Shown here in pieces: positions 43,647-53,704 of a stretch of DNA of 64,000 nucleotides; within the stretch, counting starts at the first letter, position 1; every line of letters starts with the position of its first letter. The stretch comes from Candidatus Levyibacteriota bacterium (GTDB lineage Bacteria; Patescibacteriota; Microgenomatia; Levybacterales; UBA12049). Made by a program: the position numbers and the translations under genes. The notes beneath the pieces are model-generated. The model saw only the letters and a list, made by a program, of their open reading frames with translations, did no database searches and was not told the origin of the DNA. The stretch is from the NCBI GenBank assembly GCA_027459745.1, contig DAIDHL010000003.1, forward strand, positions 65,125 through 129,124. The letters are read 5' to 3'.

Positions 43647-44915
43647 TTATCCTCTTTTTTGCAGAACATATTCGTAAAGGCCAATAATCAACAAGCATAC
43701 ACCAATGCCTACTACTACATTGTTCACTCCCAATAAATCTGACAAACCTCCAACAGCAATAATTGGCAATAAAGAAAAAATACCAACTATCGAATTAAGC
43801 AAACCATATAGTTTGCCTCTGGTATCATCTGTCGCACTTTCCTGCAGCATGGTATTGGCGGGAACAAAAACTAAAGAATTTGCCAAGCCAAGTATAAAAG
43901 CTAATACTACCACAATATGCAAGTCACTGATGATCAAAAAATGAGGCAACATACGATTAACATCCAGCACAAATTCTTTGGAAGTGATTAAGGAACCAAA
44001 AGGTAGTAAAACCATACAAATACCCGATAAAAATAATCCTGAAATAATAATTTTTTCTTTAGCAACGTCGTGAAATTTGTTGATAAGTACCAACGCTCCT
44101 AGAAACATTCCTATAGCCGCCGGAGTAACAAAAATAATGGGAAATTTGCTGATGTCTACATGTAATACGTCTGTAGCGTATCCAGGAGTAATAGTAGCTA
44201 AAATTAAAATTAAAGTTTGGGTCAAAGCCAGTAAAAATAAAGCACTATACGCTTTTTTTGTTTTGACCAATAAAATAAATGCTTTATGTAACTCTTTCTG
44301 CCAATTTAATTTAGCCACTTCTGGTGTAAGCTTATCTTCTTTGACTTGATATTTAACAAAAAAGATGCTCATTGAACCTAAGAGTAATAACAGTGCAAAA
44401 GAAAATAGTGATCCTTGTGGACCAAAGGCTACTAATACTGCTCCTGAAATAACATAGGCTAATAACATAGAGCCATTAATAGCCAAGCCGAACAAGGCGT
44501 TAGCTGAATACAAATGATCGGATTTAACTATCTGGGGTATAAGAGGAGTCTCAGCCGGGATAAAAAATTGAGTGAGCAAAGACACAATCAAAGAAACAGC
44601 ATAAATTACTATTAGATTTGTATTAACGAAAGCTAAAATCAGGATCGCTAATGCGCGCAAAATATTGGTAATAACTAAGACATTTTTTTTATTCCACCGA
44701 TCTACGAGCGTACCGGCCAATACGCCGAATATTATCGCTGGTAGGGTAAAAGTTAAAACTACTCCCGAAACTGCTGTGTTAGATTTAGTCAGCGGAAAAG
44801 TGGTTAACACCAGATAAATTGTGAATAGATTCCCTGCAACTTGCGTAAATACTTCTCCGATCCACAAAAACACAAATGATCGTTCTTTGAAGGCTAAAAA
44901 GATATGATTCTTCAT
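43647..44915 (-). CDS. Major facilitator superfamily transporter (12 TM)
   Basis: Twelve hydrophobic segments and the MFS motif region GTLVDRWNKKNVL between TM2 and TM3. Confidence 0.75.
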   Translation of the reverse strand: MKNHIFLAFKERSFVFLWIGEVFTQVAGNLFTIYLVLTTFPLTKSNTAVSGVVLTFTLPAIIFGVLAGTLVDRWNKKNVLVITNILRALAILILAFVNTNLIVIYAVSLIVSLLTQFFIPAETPLIPQIVKSDHLYSANALFGLAINGSMLLAYVISGAVLVAFGPQGSLFSFALLLLLGSMSIFFVKYQVKEDKLTPEVAKLNWQKELHKAFILLVKTKKAYSALFLLALTQTLILILATITPGYATDVLHVDISKFPIIFVTPAAIGMFLGALVLINKFHDVAKEKIIISGLFLSGICMVLLPFGSLITSKEFVLDVNRMLPHFLIISDLHIVVVLAFILGLANSLVFVPANTMLQESATDDTRGKLYGLLNSIVGIFSLLPIIAVGGLSDLLGVNNVVVGIGVCLLIIGLYEYVLQKRG

Positions 44916-45119
44916 CTTAAATCCAAGCTTCTCTATTATAACATCATTTTCAGTCTCATCAGCAGAACTATTGTAAATTACAATCTCTTAACCGCAAAGA
45001 TCACTTCTCCACTAGTAACTGTTAACAAGTTAAATTACTTAAAAGAAGAAAGCAAAATAACACATCAAACTAGATTGAGAACAAGGAGTTATTCAGCTAT
45101 TAGCTGTTATGAAGATATC

Positions 45120-45674
45120 TTAGGCTTTCTCCGTATATGCTCCAGTACGTGTATCAATACGAATTGCTTCTCCGATATTAATAAATAAAGGAACTTTGGT
45201 TTTGATGCCATTTTCCAACTCTGCATCTTTGAAAACGTTAGTAGCAGAATTTCCCTTAATACCAGGCGCTGTATCTATTACTTTAAAAACCATTTTGGGA
45301 GGAAATAATACCGATAATGCTTCATCATCTAAGAAACTTACAGTAAAACTCTCCCCTTCTTTCAAATACTCACTACCATCGATTCTTTTTAAATTAACAA
45401 TTATCTGTTCATATGTGTTTGGGTCCATAAAGTAAGCATTATCTTCATCTTTGTACAAAAATTGTAGATCTTTTTTGATAACCATCACATCATCTACTTT
45501 TGCCCCGTTAATATAACTTTTTTCAATAGTTGAGCCATTATTTAAGTTTTTAACTTTAACTTTAATATTGGCAGAACCACGACCCATCTTTATATGTTCG
45601 TAAGAAACAACTTGATATAAATTACCATCTTCTTTAAATGTTGTACCTGCTCGCAAATCTGTAACTCCAATCAT
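45120..45674 (-). CDS. efp: Translation elongation factor P
   Basis: LRAGTTFKEDGNLYQVVSYEHIKMGRGSANIKVKVKNLNNGS is the KOW-like domain I with the loop Lys (KMGRG); three-domain length. Confidence 0.93.
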   Translation of the reverse strand: MIGVTDLRAGTTFKEDGNLYQVVSYEHIKMGRGSANIKVKVKNLNNGSTIEKSYINGAKVDDVMVIKKDLQFLYKDEDNAYFMDPNTYEQIIVNLKRIDGSEYLKEGESFTVSFLDDEALSVLFPPKMVFKVIDTAPGIKGNSATNVFKDAELENGIKTKVPLFINIGEAIRIDTRTGAYTEKA

Positions 45675-47236
45675 ATGTTTTGAATACTCATTCTGACTTG
45701 TCCAGGATCTGTAAGATCTCCTTTGTTCTCCAACAATTTTAGCACAGTACGCACGCCAAATCCAGTTCCTCCCTTTGGATGCAGACCTGATGGCTTCTCT
45801 GCAAATGCTGGTCCGGCAATATCAAAATGTATCCAAGGAGTATTTCCTACGAATTCTTGCAGAAATAACGCCGCGGTGATCGTCCCTCCATATCGGCTGC
45901 TAGGAATATTGGCAATATCTGCTACATCACTTTTGTTTAGTTTTTTATAGTCCCTTTCCAATGGCAATTCCCATACTTTCTCCCCTGCAGAAAATGCTGC
46001 AGATTTTACTTTTGAGGCCAAATCTTGATTATTAGCAAACATAGCTGCTACATCACTACCCAAAGCAACCAAGGCTGCACCAGTCAAAGTAGCAAAGTCA
46101 ATAATTTCTGTTGCGCCTTGGGCAACTGCATAAGACAAACTATCTGCCATTGTAACCCGACCTTCAGCATCTGTATTTAAAATCTCTATAGTTTTACCAT
46201 TATAGGCTTTTACCACATCACCTGGCACAATAGAGGTAGCGGAAACTAAATTGGGCGTCGCGGCAATGCATCCGATTACGGTAAAATCTGGTTTTATTTT
46301 CGCAATAACTGAGAATACCCCCAAAACACTTGCTGCACCTGCCATGTCCATTTTCATATCTTGCATATGGTCTCCCGGCTTGACATTAATTCCCCCGCTG
46401 TCAAAGGTAATACCTTTACCGATTAAAGCCAGCTTTCTCTTACTTTTATTACCTTTAGGTTTAAATTCTAAGAATATAAATTTTGGTTCAATTGTAGCAG
46501 CCCGAGCGATGCCTAAGAATCCCCCCATACCGAGCTTTTCCGCTTGAGCACGATTGAAGATCTTGCAAGTTATTTCCGGGTTACTTTTGGCGATATTTTG
46601 TGCTAAGTTAGCCAAATATGTAGGAGTAGCCACTGTTGGCTGTTCGTTGACTAAATCTCTAGCTAAAATGGTAGCCTGAGAATACAATTGGGAATGAACA
46701 ATATGTTTGTTCAAGAAGGATAAATTTTCTGTTTTATTTACTTGTAAAACCACAGACGATAATTTAATTTGTTCATCCCTTTGAGTATGATATTTACCAA
46801 ATTCATAATTGGCTAATTCAACACTTTGGACTATTACATCAAGTAAATCTGCCGTTTCTTCATCAGCTCCGCACGGAAGTGAAATACAGATAGCCCTCGC
46901 TTTTTTATTGATTGACTTAATAAATTTGCCCGTGGTCTGGCGCAGATCATCCAAAACAAATTCGCTCTTTTTCCCTAGTCCAATCACTGCAACTTTGGTA
47001 GGGACAATTTTTTCAAAACTAAATAAGCTTACTACACTACCTGATTTACCTTGAAAGCTTTCACTGTTGCAAACTGCTGTTAATTGACCATTCAAAGCTT
47101 TATCTACTTGTGCAAAAAATTCATTGGAGACAAACTCCGCTTTCTGCCCTTCTGCTTGGAAAACATAAATGGCTAAAACTTCAGAGGATATTTGTTGTGG
47201 AGCTTTTTGTGAGAGTTCAAACTTCATATTTGCCAT
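45671..47236 (-). CDS. pepA: Leucyl aminopeptidase (M17 family)
   Basis: Signature NTDAEGRVTMADSL, Zn ligands DMKMDMAGAA, and GKGITFDSGG. The ORF track starts at 47299; MANMKFEL at 47236 is the more plausible start. Confidence 0.9.
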   Translation of the reverse strand: MANMKFELSQKAPQQISSEVLAIYVFQAEGQKAEFVSNEFFAQVDKALNGQLTAVCNSESFQGKSGSVVSLFSFEKIVPTKVAVIGLGKKSEFVLDDLRQTTGKFIKSINKKARAICISLPCGADEETADLLDVIVQSVELANYEFGKYHTQRDEQIKLSSVVLQVNKTENLSFLNKHIVHSQLYSQATILARDLVNEQPTVATPTYLANLAQNIAKSNPEITCKIFNRAQAEKLGMGGFLGIARAATIEPKFIFLEFKPKGNKSKRKLALIGKGITFDSGGINVKPGDHMQDMKMDMAGAASVLGVFSVIAKIKPDFTVIGCIAATPNLVSATSIVPGDVVKAYNGKTIEILNTDAEGRVTMADSLSYAVAQGATEIIDFATLTGAALVALGSDVAAMFANNQDLASKVKSAAFSAGEKVWELPLERDYKKLNKSDVADIANIPSSRYGGTITAALFLQEFVGNTPWIHFDIAGPAFAEKPSGLHPKGGTGFGVRTVLKLLENKGDLTDPGQVRMSIQNI

Positions 47237-47364
47237 TCTAACACTTAATATCGAGAAAATAAAGATAATTTTCCTTCTTCTGTTGAATATGCGCCTCAAA
47301 TAACGTAAAATATAAGACGTTAGTAAGAGAAATTCGTTCTAAGTTGATTGTTTTAATGTGATCA

Positions 47365-47448
47365 GCCGGGATGGCGGAATGGTATACGCGGTAGTCTCAA
47401 AAACTACTGGCTATAATGGCTGTGTGGGTTCGAGTCCCTCTCCCGGCA
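47365..47448 (+). tRNA. tRNA-Leu (anticodon CAA), class II with a long variable arm
   Basis: Acceptor stem GCCGGGA/TCCCGGC. Anticodon stem GTAGT/ACTAC with loop CTCAAAA. T-arm GGGTTCGAGTCCC. A 15-nt variable arm. Confidence 0.85.
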
Positions 47449-47485
47449 CTTAATAGATCTTATTATAATAATAATCGCTAATAAC

Positions 47486-47514
47486 TTGCGTTTGTTAAAA
47501 GAAGGTATTATAAT
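47486..47514 (+). promoter_or_regulatory. Sigma70-type promoter (TTGCGT-17 nt-TATAAT) ending 6 nt before the ATG at 47521, which predicts a leaderless transcript
   Basis: Read directly: -35 at 47486-47491, -10 at 47509-47514. Confidence 0.4.
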
Positions 47515-47520
47515 CCTCCC

Positions 47521-48018
47521 ATGTCAGCAGAAAGAAGAAAATGGCTTATCCCAGTGTCTTCAGTAGCCTGTGCTGTAGGTATAATTACCGGCGTATCAGC
47601 CATAGACCACAAATACTACCAAGGCAAAGGTAGTTCTTGGTTACTGGACCAACTCCATCCCACACCAGAACCAACCAGTACATCTTTACCCACAGAAACA
47701 CCTCAACCAACTCAATCCCCTTTACCTTATAGTACTTACACTAGAAGTTATAAATTTATTATTCATTATACTGATACTACATATGCAGAGAGCGTAGAAT
47801 TGTTTACTAATAAAAGACCTAATTTGGTGGGCAAAAATGGAATTATAAAGTTAGCAGCCGCAGATGTCTTCTGCCCCCCTAATCAAGGCTCCCCAACATT
47901 TAGTGGCGCTCCAGATCCAGTCATTCGAGCATCAGGGTGTGTTCAGGAATTTAGTCCAGATTTACAAATTGCCACTCGTAATACTATTACTTATCAAACT
48001 CAATACCCACGGAAGTAA
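47521..48018 (+). CDS. Hypothetical membrane-anchored extracytoplasmic protein
   Basis: N-terminal TM LIPVSSVACAVGIITGVSAI and a Pro/Thr-rich linker. Confidence 0.45.
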   Translation: MSAERRKWLIPVSSVACAVGIITGVSAIDHKYYQGKGSSWLLDQLHPTPEPTSTSLPTETPQPTQSPLPYSTYTRSYKFIIHYTDTTYAESVELFTNKRPNLVGKNGIIKLAAADVFCPPNQGSPTFSGAPDPVIRASGCVQEFSPDLQIATRNTITYQTQYPRK

Positions 48019-48067
48019 GGTTATTTTTTCTTTCCATAGTATATAATAGATTTACTCAAGTATATTT

Positions 48068-48487
48068 ATGGATAACGCAAAAATAGAGTTACTGAAGAGA
48101 ACATCTTTTTTTAGAATACGCACTACCTCAGGAAAAATTGAACAGTTTTCTTCTGTAATTTTTATCTTATGCAGTATTGAATCATTACTGACGTTGGGAT
48201 TTGTTTTCCTGGTAGTACCACAACTCACCTCTCTGGATAAATCATTAAATAATCACACTAATTGGCTCAGCTGGATTTATCTATGTCTCTTAGGAATAAT
48301 AATCTTTGTGCAAGTAACTTATGGTGTTTATTTACGCCACAAGCGCGAACAGGGAAATGAAATTTCTAATATTTATAAAATAATAGCCGTAATTGGAATG
48401 ATTCTTGGCTTGATCTTATTTAGTTTTTTTATGGGACAGCTTATAAGCAGTCTCATTTCTCCTCTCTATCAATCGATTTCACGTTAG
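48068..48487 (+). CDS. Hypothetical small membrane protein (3 TM)
   Basis: Hydrophobic segments; no motif. Confidence 0.4.
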   Translation: MDNAKIELLKRTSFFRIRTTSGKIEQFSSVIFILCSIESLLTLGFVFLVVPQLTSLDKSLNNHTNWLSWIYLCLLGIIIFVQVTYGVYLRHKREQGNEISNIYKIIAVIGMILGLILFSFFMGQLISSLISPLYQSISR

Positions 48488-48488
48488 A

Positions 48489-49787
48489 CTATATTTCCGT
48501 TAACTTGTATCCTCGTGTACGAACGGTGGTAATTCTGTAATTTGACTTTTGTGTTTTCAACTTACTTCGTAATCGAGAAACTAATCTATCAATCGCCCAG
48601 TCTGTCACATCAAATGGTTCTACCTCCGGCCACACTATGTCAATGATCAGCTCCCTGTCAACTACATTATTCTTATATTTTAAAAGTAAATTTAACAATT
48701 CATGTTCTTTTTTTGAGAATTCAGTTTCATCTTTATTTTGCACATCATGCTGACTCTTTAATATTTCAATATATCCCTTAAACAACGGGCTGAAGACTTT
48801 AATAGTTGTAGAATCTTTTTTAACAATACCAGTTTCAAATAAATACTTTGCCTCGTCTATGTCTTGCTCAATTATATCTTTACCCTGGACTATTTTACGC
48901 AAGACATCTCGTTCTATAGTTGACAGACTTTCCCAAATCTCTTCTGATTGCAAGGAAAACCTCTCATCATTCAACAATAACTCATATAATTCATCTGCAG
49001 TAATTTCGGGGTAATTTCTTTCATGTAGAACAATCAAACCAAGCTGCAAAAATTGCACATACCCATCTGTCAAACCAAGCAGTTCTTTTTTTATCTTATT
49101 TAAACTTTCTTTATCATACCTACTACAGTAGGTTTGATAAATCGCTTCAATATCTTTTTCTTCAGCCGGTTGTAAATGTACATTTTTTGCAAAAACATTC
49201 AAAGCCTGTTTATTAAAAATATCTGGAAATAATACATCAAGACTTTTAAAACTGGTAAATACATAAGCCAAACGCTGATGCGTCGCATCTCGCAAACCTT
49301 GAATGTTGGCGAAGAATTCTTGATTCATGATATCCTCCATACGATCAAAACGAATGAAGAAAATAGTCGGCAAATAGCCAGCTTCACATAATTTTATAAT
49401 TACGCTACGCAAAGAATCAAAAACGAGAAAAGTATCGTGGGTTTGAATACTATTTAAAAACAGTGACTCTATCTGTCTTTTCGTTCTTTCTTCTAAAGAT
49501 AAATCCATAGCGACATCACATACTCGCTTGAGTGTAAGTACCCAAAAAGGAAAAAGTTCCCGTTCAATCAAATCATGTAAATCTACCGGAATAAAAAGGT
49601 GCTTTTCTTTTGATCCAATATATTCTGGTATTATATCTTTGTGATAAAGAAAAAAGCGTAGAAAATTACTGATGCCCACTCTTTTCATGCCAATTAAAAC
49701 GACTGACTGGCGATTTTTGATCTGTTCTCCTAAAATTGCAGCATCTTTTTTGCGAAAATCGACCGGATATGTAGATTCAATAATCAT
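48489..49787 (-). CDS. Putative transcriptional regulator: N-terminal P-loop-NTPase-like domain fused to a C-terminal OmpR/PhoB-type winged-helix DNA-binding domain
   Basis: The C-terminal LNLLLKYKNNVVDRELIIDIVWPE....RLVSRLRSKL....VRTRGYKL matches the trans_reg_C pattern. The N-terminal VVLIGMKRVGISNF is a degenerate Walker-A-like loop. No receiver domain. Confidence 0.55.
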   Translation of the reverse strand: MIIESTYPVDFRKKDAAILGEQIKNRQSVVLIGMKRVGISNFLRFFLYHKDIIPEYIGSKEKHLFIPVDLHDLIERELFPFWVLTLKRVCDVAMDLSLEERTKRQIESLFLNSIQTHDTFLVFDSLRSVIIKLCEAGYLPTIFFIRFDRMEDIMNQEFFANIQGLRDATHQRLAYVFTSFKSLDVLFPDIFNKQALNVFAKNVHLQPAEEKDIEAIYQTYCSRYDKESLNKIKKELLGLTDGYVQFLQLGLIVLHERNYPEITADELYELLLNDERFSLQSEEIWESLSTIERDVLRKIVQGKDIIEQDIDEAKYLFETGIVKKDSTTIKVFSPLFKGYIEILKSQHDVQNKDETEFSKKEHELLNLLLKYKNNVVDRELIIDIVWPEVEPFDVTDWAIDRLVSRLRSKLKTQKSNYRITTVRTRGYKLTEI

Positions 49788-49920
49788 GTGATGATCAATT
49801 TTATCTAAGTTAGAAAAAACTTACAAGACATGTCAGCTTCATGTCAGGATCAGAAAAATGTCAAAAAAATGTTTATTTATGCGTCAAGCTAGAAATTCAT
49901 TTTTAAATTATAACTTCTGA

Positions 49921-51009
49921 ATGACATCAGCAGATAGAACAATATTTACTCCCCTGGAAGCAACTCATCATCTGCCAACAAATTTACAACCAATAGAACA
50001 ACATCTACATCTGAATGGAAATGTAAGAGGAACTCAGCTTTTAACCGCTGGTATGTCTGACGGAGTTGTGATGAGGATTGATACCGACATGGAGAGTATG
50101 GTAGTTAAATATAATCCCAATGCACCACACAAGGTCAGACATGAGATTGCTGGATTTCAAAAACTGCAGGATACCCCATTAGGTAGAAAGATGGTAACTC
50201 CAACCTATCATTCAGAGGAGTTAGGAGTAGTAGTTATGCCGTATTTTGAAGGACAACAATTACGAGACGCTATACGCAATGGTACTATTGACTCTAAGCA
50301 GGCAAATTCCATTATTGACGAGCTTATGCAAATAAAAAAAGACTGGTGGTCAAAACAAGAAAAAGTACCTGGAGCACATGAGGGTAATTCTATGCAACGT
50401 AATGAATGGACAGATACAACTCGAAACATGCAAGGAGTCCTAAATAATTTAGCGCAGAAATATGGACTCTCACCTAAAGAGATGTGGACTAGTCCTATTG
50501 TATTTCAAGATCAAGAATATCCATCCTTATTACAAACAGCAGGACGCGTACATGAAGCTCTCCAGAGACGTCCACCTTACTTAGTTATGACCCATGGAGA
50601 TGCAACTGGAGCAAATATTTTGTTTGATCCAAAAAGTCAAAACTGGAAAATGATTGACGCTGAATGGGCTGGCTTAGCGGATCCGGCTGAAGCCTTTGTA
50701 AGGATGACCAAGTATATTTCTACAACTACAGCCTCTAATAGAGAACAGTTAAATGCGAGGATACAAAAAAACAGACTACATTTAGATCTGAATATCTCAT
50801 TTCCTCCTGCGGCAGTAACTATTCAAAAAGAAGGGATAAAGAGAAGCCCACTCTTTAGTCATGCACTACAAGATCCAAATTTTATTGGACGTTCTCAGGA
50901 GTATTTAGCCGGATCATATCTACGTGAATTAGCTTTGGCAGACAAAAGAGGATATCCAGAAATGGGACTATTTGCTATGCTCAAGGCAGCAGAAGCAGTG
51001 AGGAATTGA
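49921..51009 (+). CDS. Aminoglycoside-phosphotransferase (APH) / choline-kinase-fold protein kinase-like enzyme
   Basis: Brenner motif region LVMTHGDATGANILFD (HGD...N) followed by a WKMIDAEWAG DFG-like D; 362 aa. Confidence 0.6.
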   Translation: MTSADRTIFTPLEATHHLPTNLQPIEQHLHLNGNVRGTQLLTAGMSDGVVMRIDTDMESMVVKYNPNAPHKVRHEIAGFQKLQDTPLGRKMVTPTYHSEELGVVVMPYFEGQQLRDAIRNGTIDSKQANSIIDELMQIKKDWWSKQEKVPGAHEGNSMQRNEWTDTTRNMQGVLNNLAQKYGLSPKEMWTSPIVFQDQEYPSLLQTAGRVHEALQRRPPYLVMTHGDATGANILFDPKSQNWKMIDAEWAGLADPAEAFVRMTKYISTTTASNREQLNARIQKNRLHLDLNISFPPAAVTIQKEGIKRSPLFSHALQDPNFIGRSQEYLAGSYLRELALADKRGYPEMGLFAMLKAAEAVRN

Positions 51010-51010
51010 T

Positions 51011-51661
51011 ATGAGAGCCATAATTTTTGATGTAGACGGAGTTTTAGTTGATAGTGTAGAGTTGCATTTTAGTGCTTGGAAACAAACCTTTGCAAATCAA
51101 GGTATAAGGCTGACTTATACTGATTATTTAAAAAAAATCAATGGTTTGCCCAGGGATCAGGCAATTAAAAATGTACTTCCACATTTAAGCGTAGATAAAC
51201 AGTCTGAGATTGCTCGACAAAAGCAACTTCTTTTTTTACAAACTTTAAACTCTTCACAATTATCCCCCAAGCCGGGTGTAATAAGTTTTATAAAAAAACT
51301 AAAAAAACTTAACTACCGACTTGCTGCCTCTTCTTCCAGCCGCAATGCTAGATTGTTGCTAAACCTAGCTAAAATTTCGCCGCATTTAGACTTGATCATA
51401 ACTGGGGATGAAATCAAACATCCAAAACCACACCCTGAAACATTTGTTTTGGCTAGTAAGCGGCTCGGCATTAATCCTACAAGTTGTGTGGTTGTTGAAG
51501 ACGCATCTGTCGGTATCCAAGCAGCAAAAAAAGGTGGCATGCGAACTATTGGTATAGCTTCTTCTCAAGACGATGAACTAAACAAATATGCTGATTTATT
51601 AGTAAATTCACTAAAAGAACAACGAAAAATAATATCATTTTTATCAGCTAATGTAGATTGA
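51011..51661 (+). CDS. HAD-superfamily hydrolase, subfamily IA (beta-phosphoglucomutase/phosphatase-like)
   Basis: Motif I IIFDVDGVLVDS, motif III K at KKLKKL, motif IV EDASVGIQAAKKGGM. Ends with a TGA stop. Confidence 0.8.
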   Translation: MRAIIFDVDGVLVDSVELHFSAWKQTFANQGIRLTYTDYLKKINGLPRDQAIKNVLPHLSVDKQSEIARQKQLLFLQTLNSSQLSPKPGVISFIKKLKKLNYRLAASSSSRNARLLLNLAKISPHLDLIITGDEIKHPKPHPETFVLASKRLGINPTSCVVVEDASVGIQAAKKGGMRTIGIASSQDDELNKYADLLVNSLKEQRKIISFLSANVD

Positions 51662-51662
51662 A

Positions 51663-52988
51663 TTAAGCTGGTTGTTGTCTTTCAACACTATAAAATTTGA
51701 TGCGGTCTCCACGAAATAGCAAATCAATCTCACCTGTAGCGCCATTACGATGTTTGGCTATAAGTAATTTAGTGGGAATATTAATTGGATTACCTTCTGT
51801 ATCAGGACGATAAATAAACATGACAACATCCGCATCCTGTTCTATAGTGCCAGACTCACGTAAATCAGCAAGTTGAGGCTTTCGATCACCTCTTTGCTCA
51901 ACAGCACGTGATAACTGAGAAGCTGCGAGAACAGGGACATTCAATTCGCGAGCCAAATTTTTCAAGGACTTAGAAATATGTGCAACCTCCTGGACACGTC
52001 CTTCAAATTTTTGACCTGGATCAACCAATTGTAAGTAATCAACAATAATTAAACCTAAATCTTTATGCTCTAACTGCAAACGACGTGCTTTACTGCGCAT
52101 CTCGGCAATGGAAATACCTGGTGTATCATCAATAAAAATCGGTGCTTCGGCCAACTCCCCCATTGCGTTAGATAGCTTAGTCCAATCTTCTTCATTTAAA
52201 CGCCCGGTTTTTTGTTTCCATGCGTCAATATCAGCCTGTCCAACCATCAAGCGGTCTACAAGTTCTTCCTTGCTCATTTCCAAAGAAAAAATTGCCACCG
52301 CCTTTTTATCCATTACACCTATGAACTGGGCAATGTTTACTACTAAAGCTGTTTTACCTTGGCCTGGACGTGCTGCTAAAATTAGCAAATTTGACTTTTG
52401 CATACCTGACAAGATGCGATCTAAGTCAGTAAAACCTGTTTTAGTACCACGTAAACCCTCACCTAAACGGTGCAATTCATCTAAACGATCAAAGCTTTCG
52501 GTCAAAGTATCTTTAATGGCAATAAAATCTCGTTTGATACTACTTTGTGAAATAGTAAAAATACTTGATTCTGCCTTGTCGAGTAAATCTTTCACTTCTT
52601 TATCTTCTTCAAAACCAAGTTCTGCTATCTCGGACGCAGCATGAATGAGTGCTCTTTTGGTAGCTAAATCTTTAACTAGATGGGAGTATTCTTCAACATT
52701 GGCAGCAGTAGGAACAGTATTCACTAAATCGTTTAAATAAGAACTACGTACAATCTTACCCTTATCATGTTTTTTTATTTGCGCCGAAACCGTCAAGACA
52801 TCAATAGCTTTTCGCTCCTCATGAATCTCTAGCATCGAGTCATAAATAATAGCATGTAAATCACTATAAAAATGCTCTGGCTTCAAAATTCCTGAAACTA
52901 CCGAAATAGCTTCTTTATCAATTAAGATTGCACCCAAAACACTCTGTTCTGCTTCTTCGTTATGTGGAGGAACCTTGATTGTCGCCAT
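51663..52988 (-). CDS. dnaB: Replicative DNA helicase DnaB
   Basis: N-terminal PPHNEEAEQSVLGAIL. Walker A ARPGQGKTALVVNIA, Walker B LIIVDYLQL, and RecA-like core motifs. Confidence 0.95.
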   Translation of the reverse strand: MATIKVPPHNEEAEQSVLGAILIDKEAISVVSGILKPEHFYSDLHAIIYDSMLEIHEERKAIDVLTVSAQIKKHDKGKIVRSSYLNDLVNTVPTAANVEEYSHLVKDLATKRALIHAASEIAELGFEEDKEVKDLLDKAESSIFTISQSSIKRDFIAIKDTLTESFDRLDELHRLGEGLRGTKTGFTDLDRILSGMQKSNLLILAARPGQGKTALVVNIAQFIGVMDKKAVAIFSLEMSKEELVDRLMVGQADIDAWKQKTGRLNEEDWTKLSNAMGELAEAPIFIDDTPGISIAEMRSKARRLQLEHKDLGLIIVDYLQLVDPGQKFEGRVQEVAHISKSLKNLARELNVPVLAASQLSRAVEQRGDRKPQLADLRESGTIEQDADVVMFIYRPDTEGNPINIPTKLLIAKHRNGATGEIDLLFRGDRIKFYSVERQQPA

Positions 52989-53031
52989 ATAATTGAATTT
53001 ATAGTTGACAGAAACAATATAATTTGCCCTT

Positions 53032-53094
53032 TGTTTCTGTCATCCCGAGCGACCGAGTCTTACGAGGGAGTCGAGGGATCCCATGGGGCTCAGT
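53032..53094 (+). repeat. Structured ~50-nt repeat, copy 1 (TTCTGTCATCCCGAGCGACCGAGTCTTACGAGGGAGTCGAGGGATCCC)
   Basis: About 87% identical to the copy at 54968. The stem ATCCC/GGGAT here becomes ATCCT/AGGAT in copy 2, a compensatory change. Intergenic, at the 3' end of a gene. Confidence 0.6.
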
Positions 53095-53120
53095 ACAATC
53101 CCAAGACAAGAAACAAAATT

Positions 53121-53633
53121 CTACACTAATAATATTTGCTGTACTTCAGTTGGCAGTTTGTCTTTAGTAACTGTATATTTGTTTGACTTGCTAACCCCTT
53201 CTTTGATGTATTTATTAATTACTTCTTCTGCTTTGTCTCCCATATATAGAACTGCTGAATTCGCCACATTGGTAGAGATTGATAAATCGTCTTCAGAAGT
53301 GACCATAACCACTAACACATTAACATCAGGAAGTTTGGCATGAAATTTGGCCAATGTTTTGTTGTCGATTAAACCAATACGTACCTCATCTACTATAAAA
53401 GTATAGGTTACTGAATCCTCATATCGCACACCTGTTATTTTTAAACCGCCTATTTCATATTCTCCTGGTCCATCAATGGTAAGAATATCAGGTTTAAGTT
53501 TTAGGCTCGAGCTAGAGGTATTAAAAATCACAGCTGCTTCAAAAGTAACAACTTTATCCTGAGGGTTGACTACCACTGAGGTTTGTTTGCCTCTTATTTT
53601 TAATGAATTTATTGATAATTTTGTTATTTCCAC
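53121..53633 (-). CDS. Hypothetical protein
   Basis: 170 aa. N-terminal MEITKLSINSLKIRGKQTSVVVNP faintly recalls metallo-beta-lactamase-fold N-termini, but it is too short and lacks the His motif. Confidence 0.35.
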   Translation of the reverse strand: MEITKLSINSLKIRGKQTSVVVNPQDKVVTFEAAVIFNTSSSSLKLKPDILTIDGPGEYEIGGLKITGVRYEDSVTYTFIVDEVRIGLIDNKTLAKFHAKLPDVNVLVVMVTSEDDLSISTNVANSAVLYMGDKAEEVINKYIKEGVSKSNKYTVTKDKLPTEVQQILLV

Positions 53634-53704
53634 TGCACCATACTAACACACATTTATGTTTCTTGACAAGATATGTCTGATAACGTATCATCTGATCACC
53701 CGTA

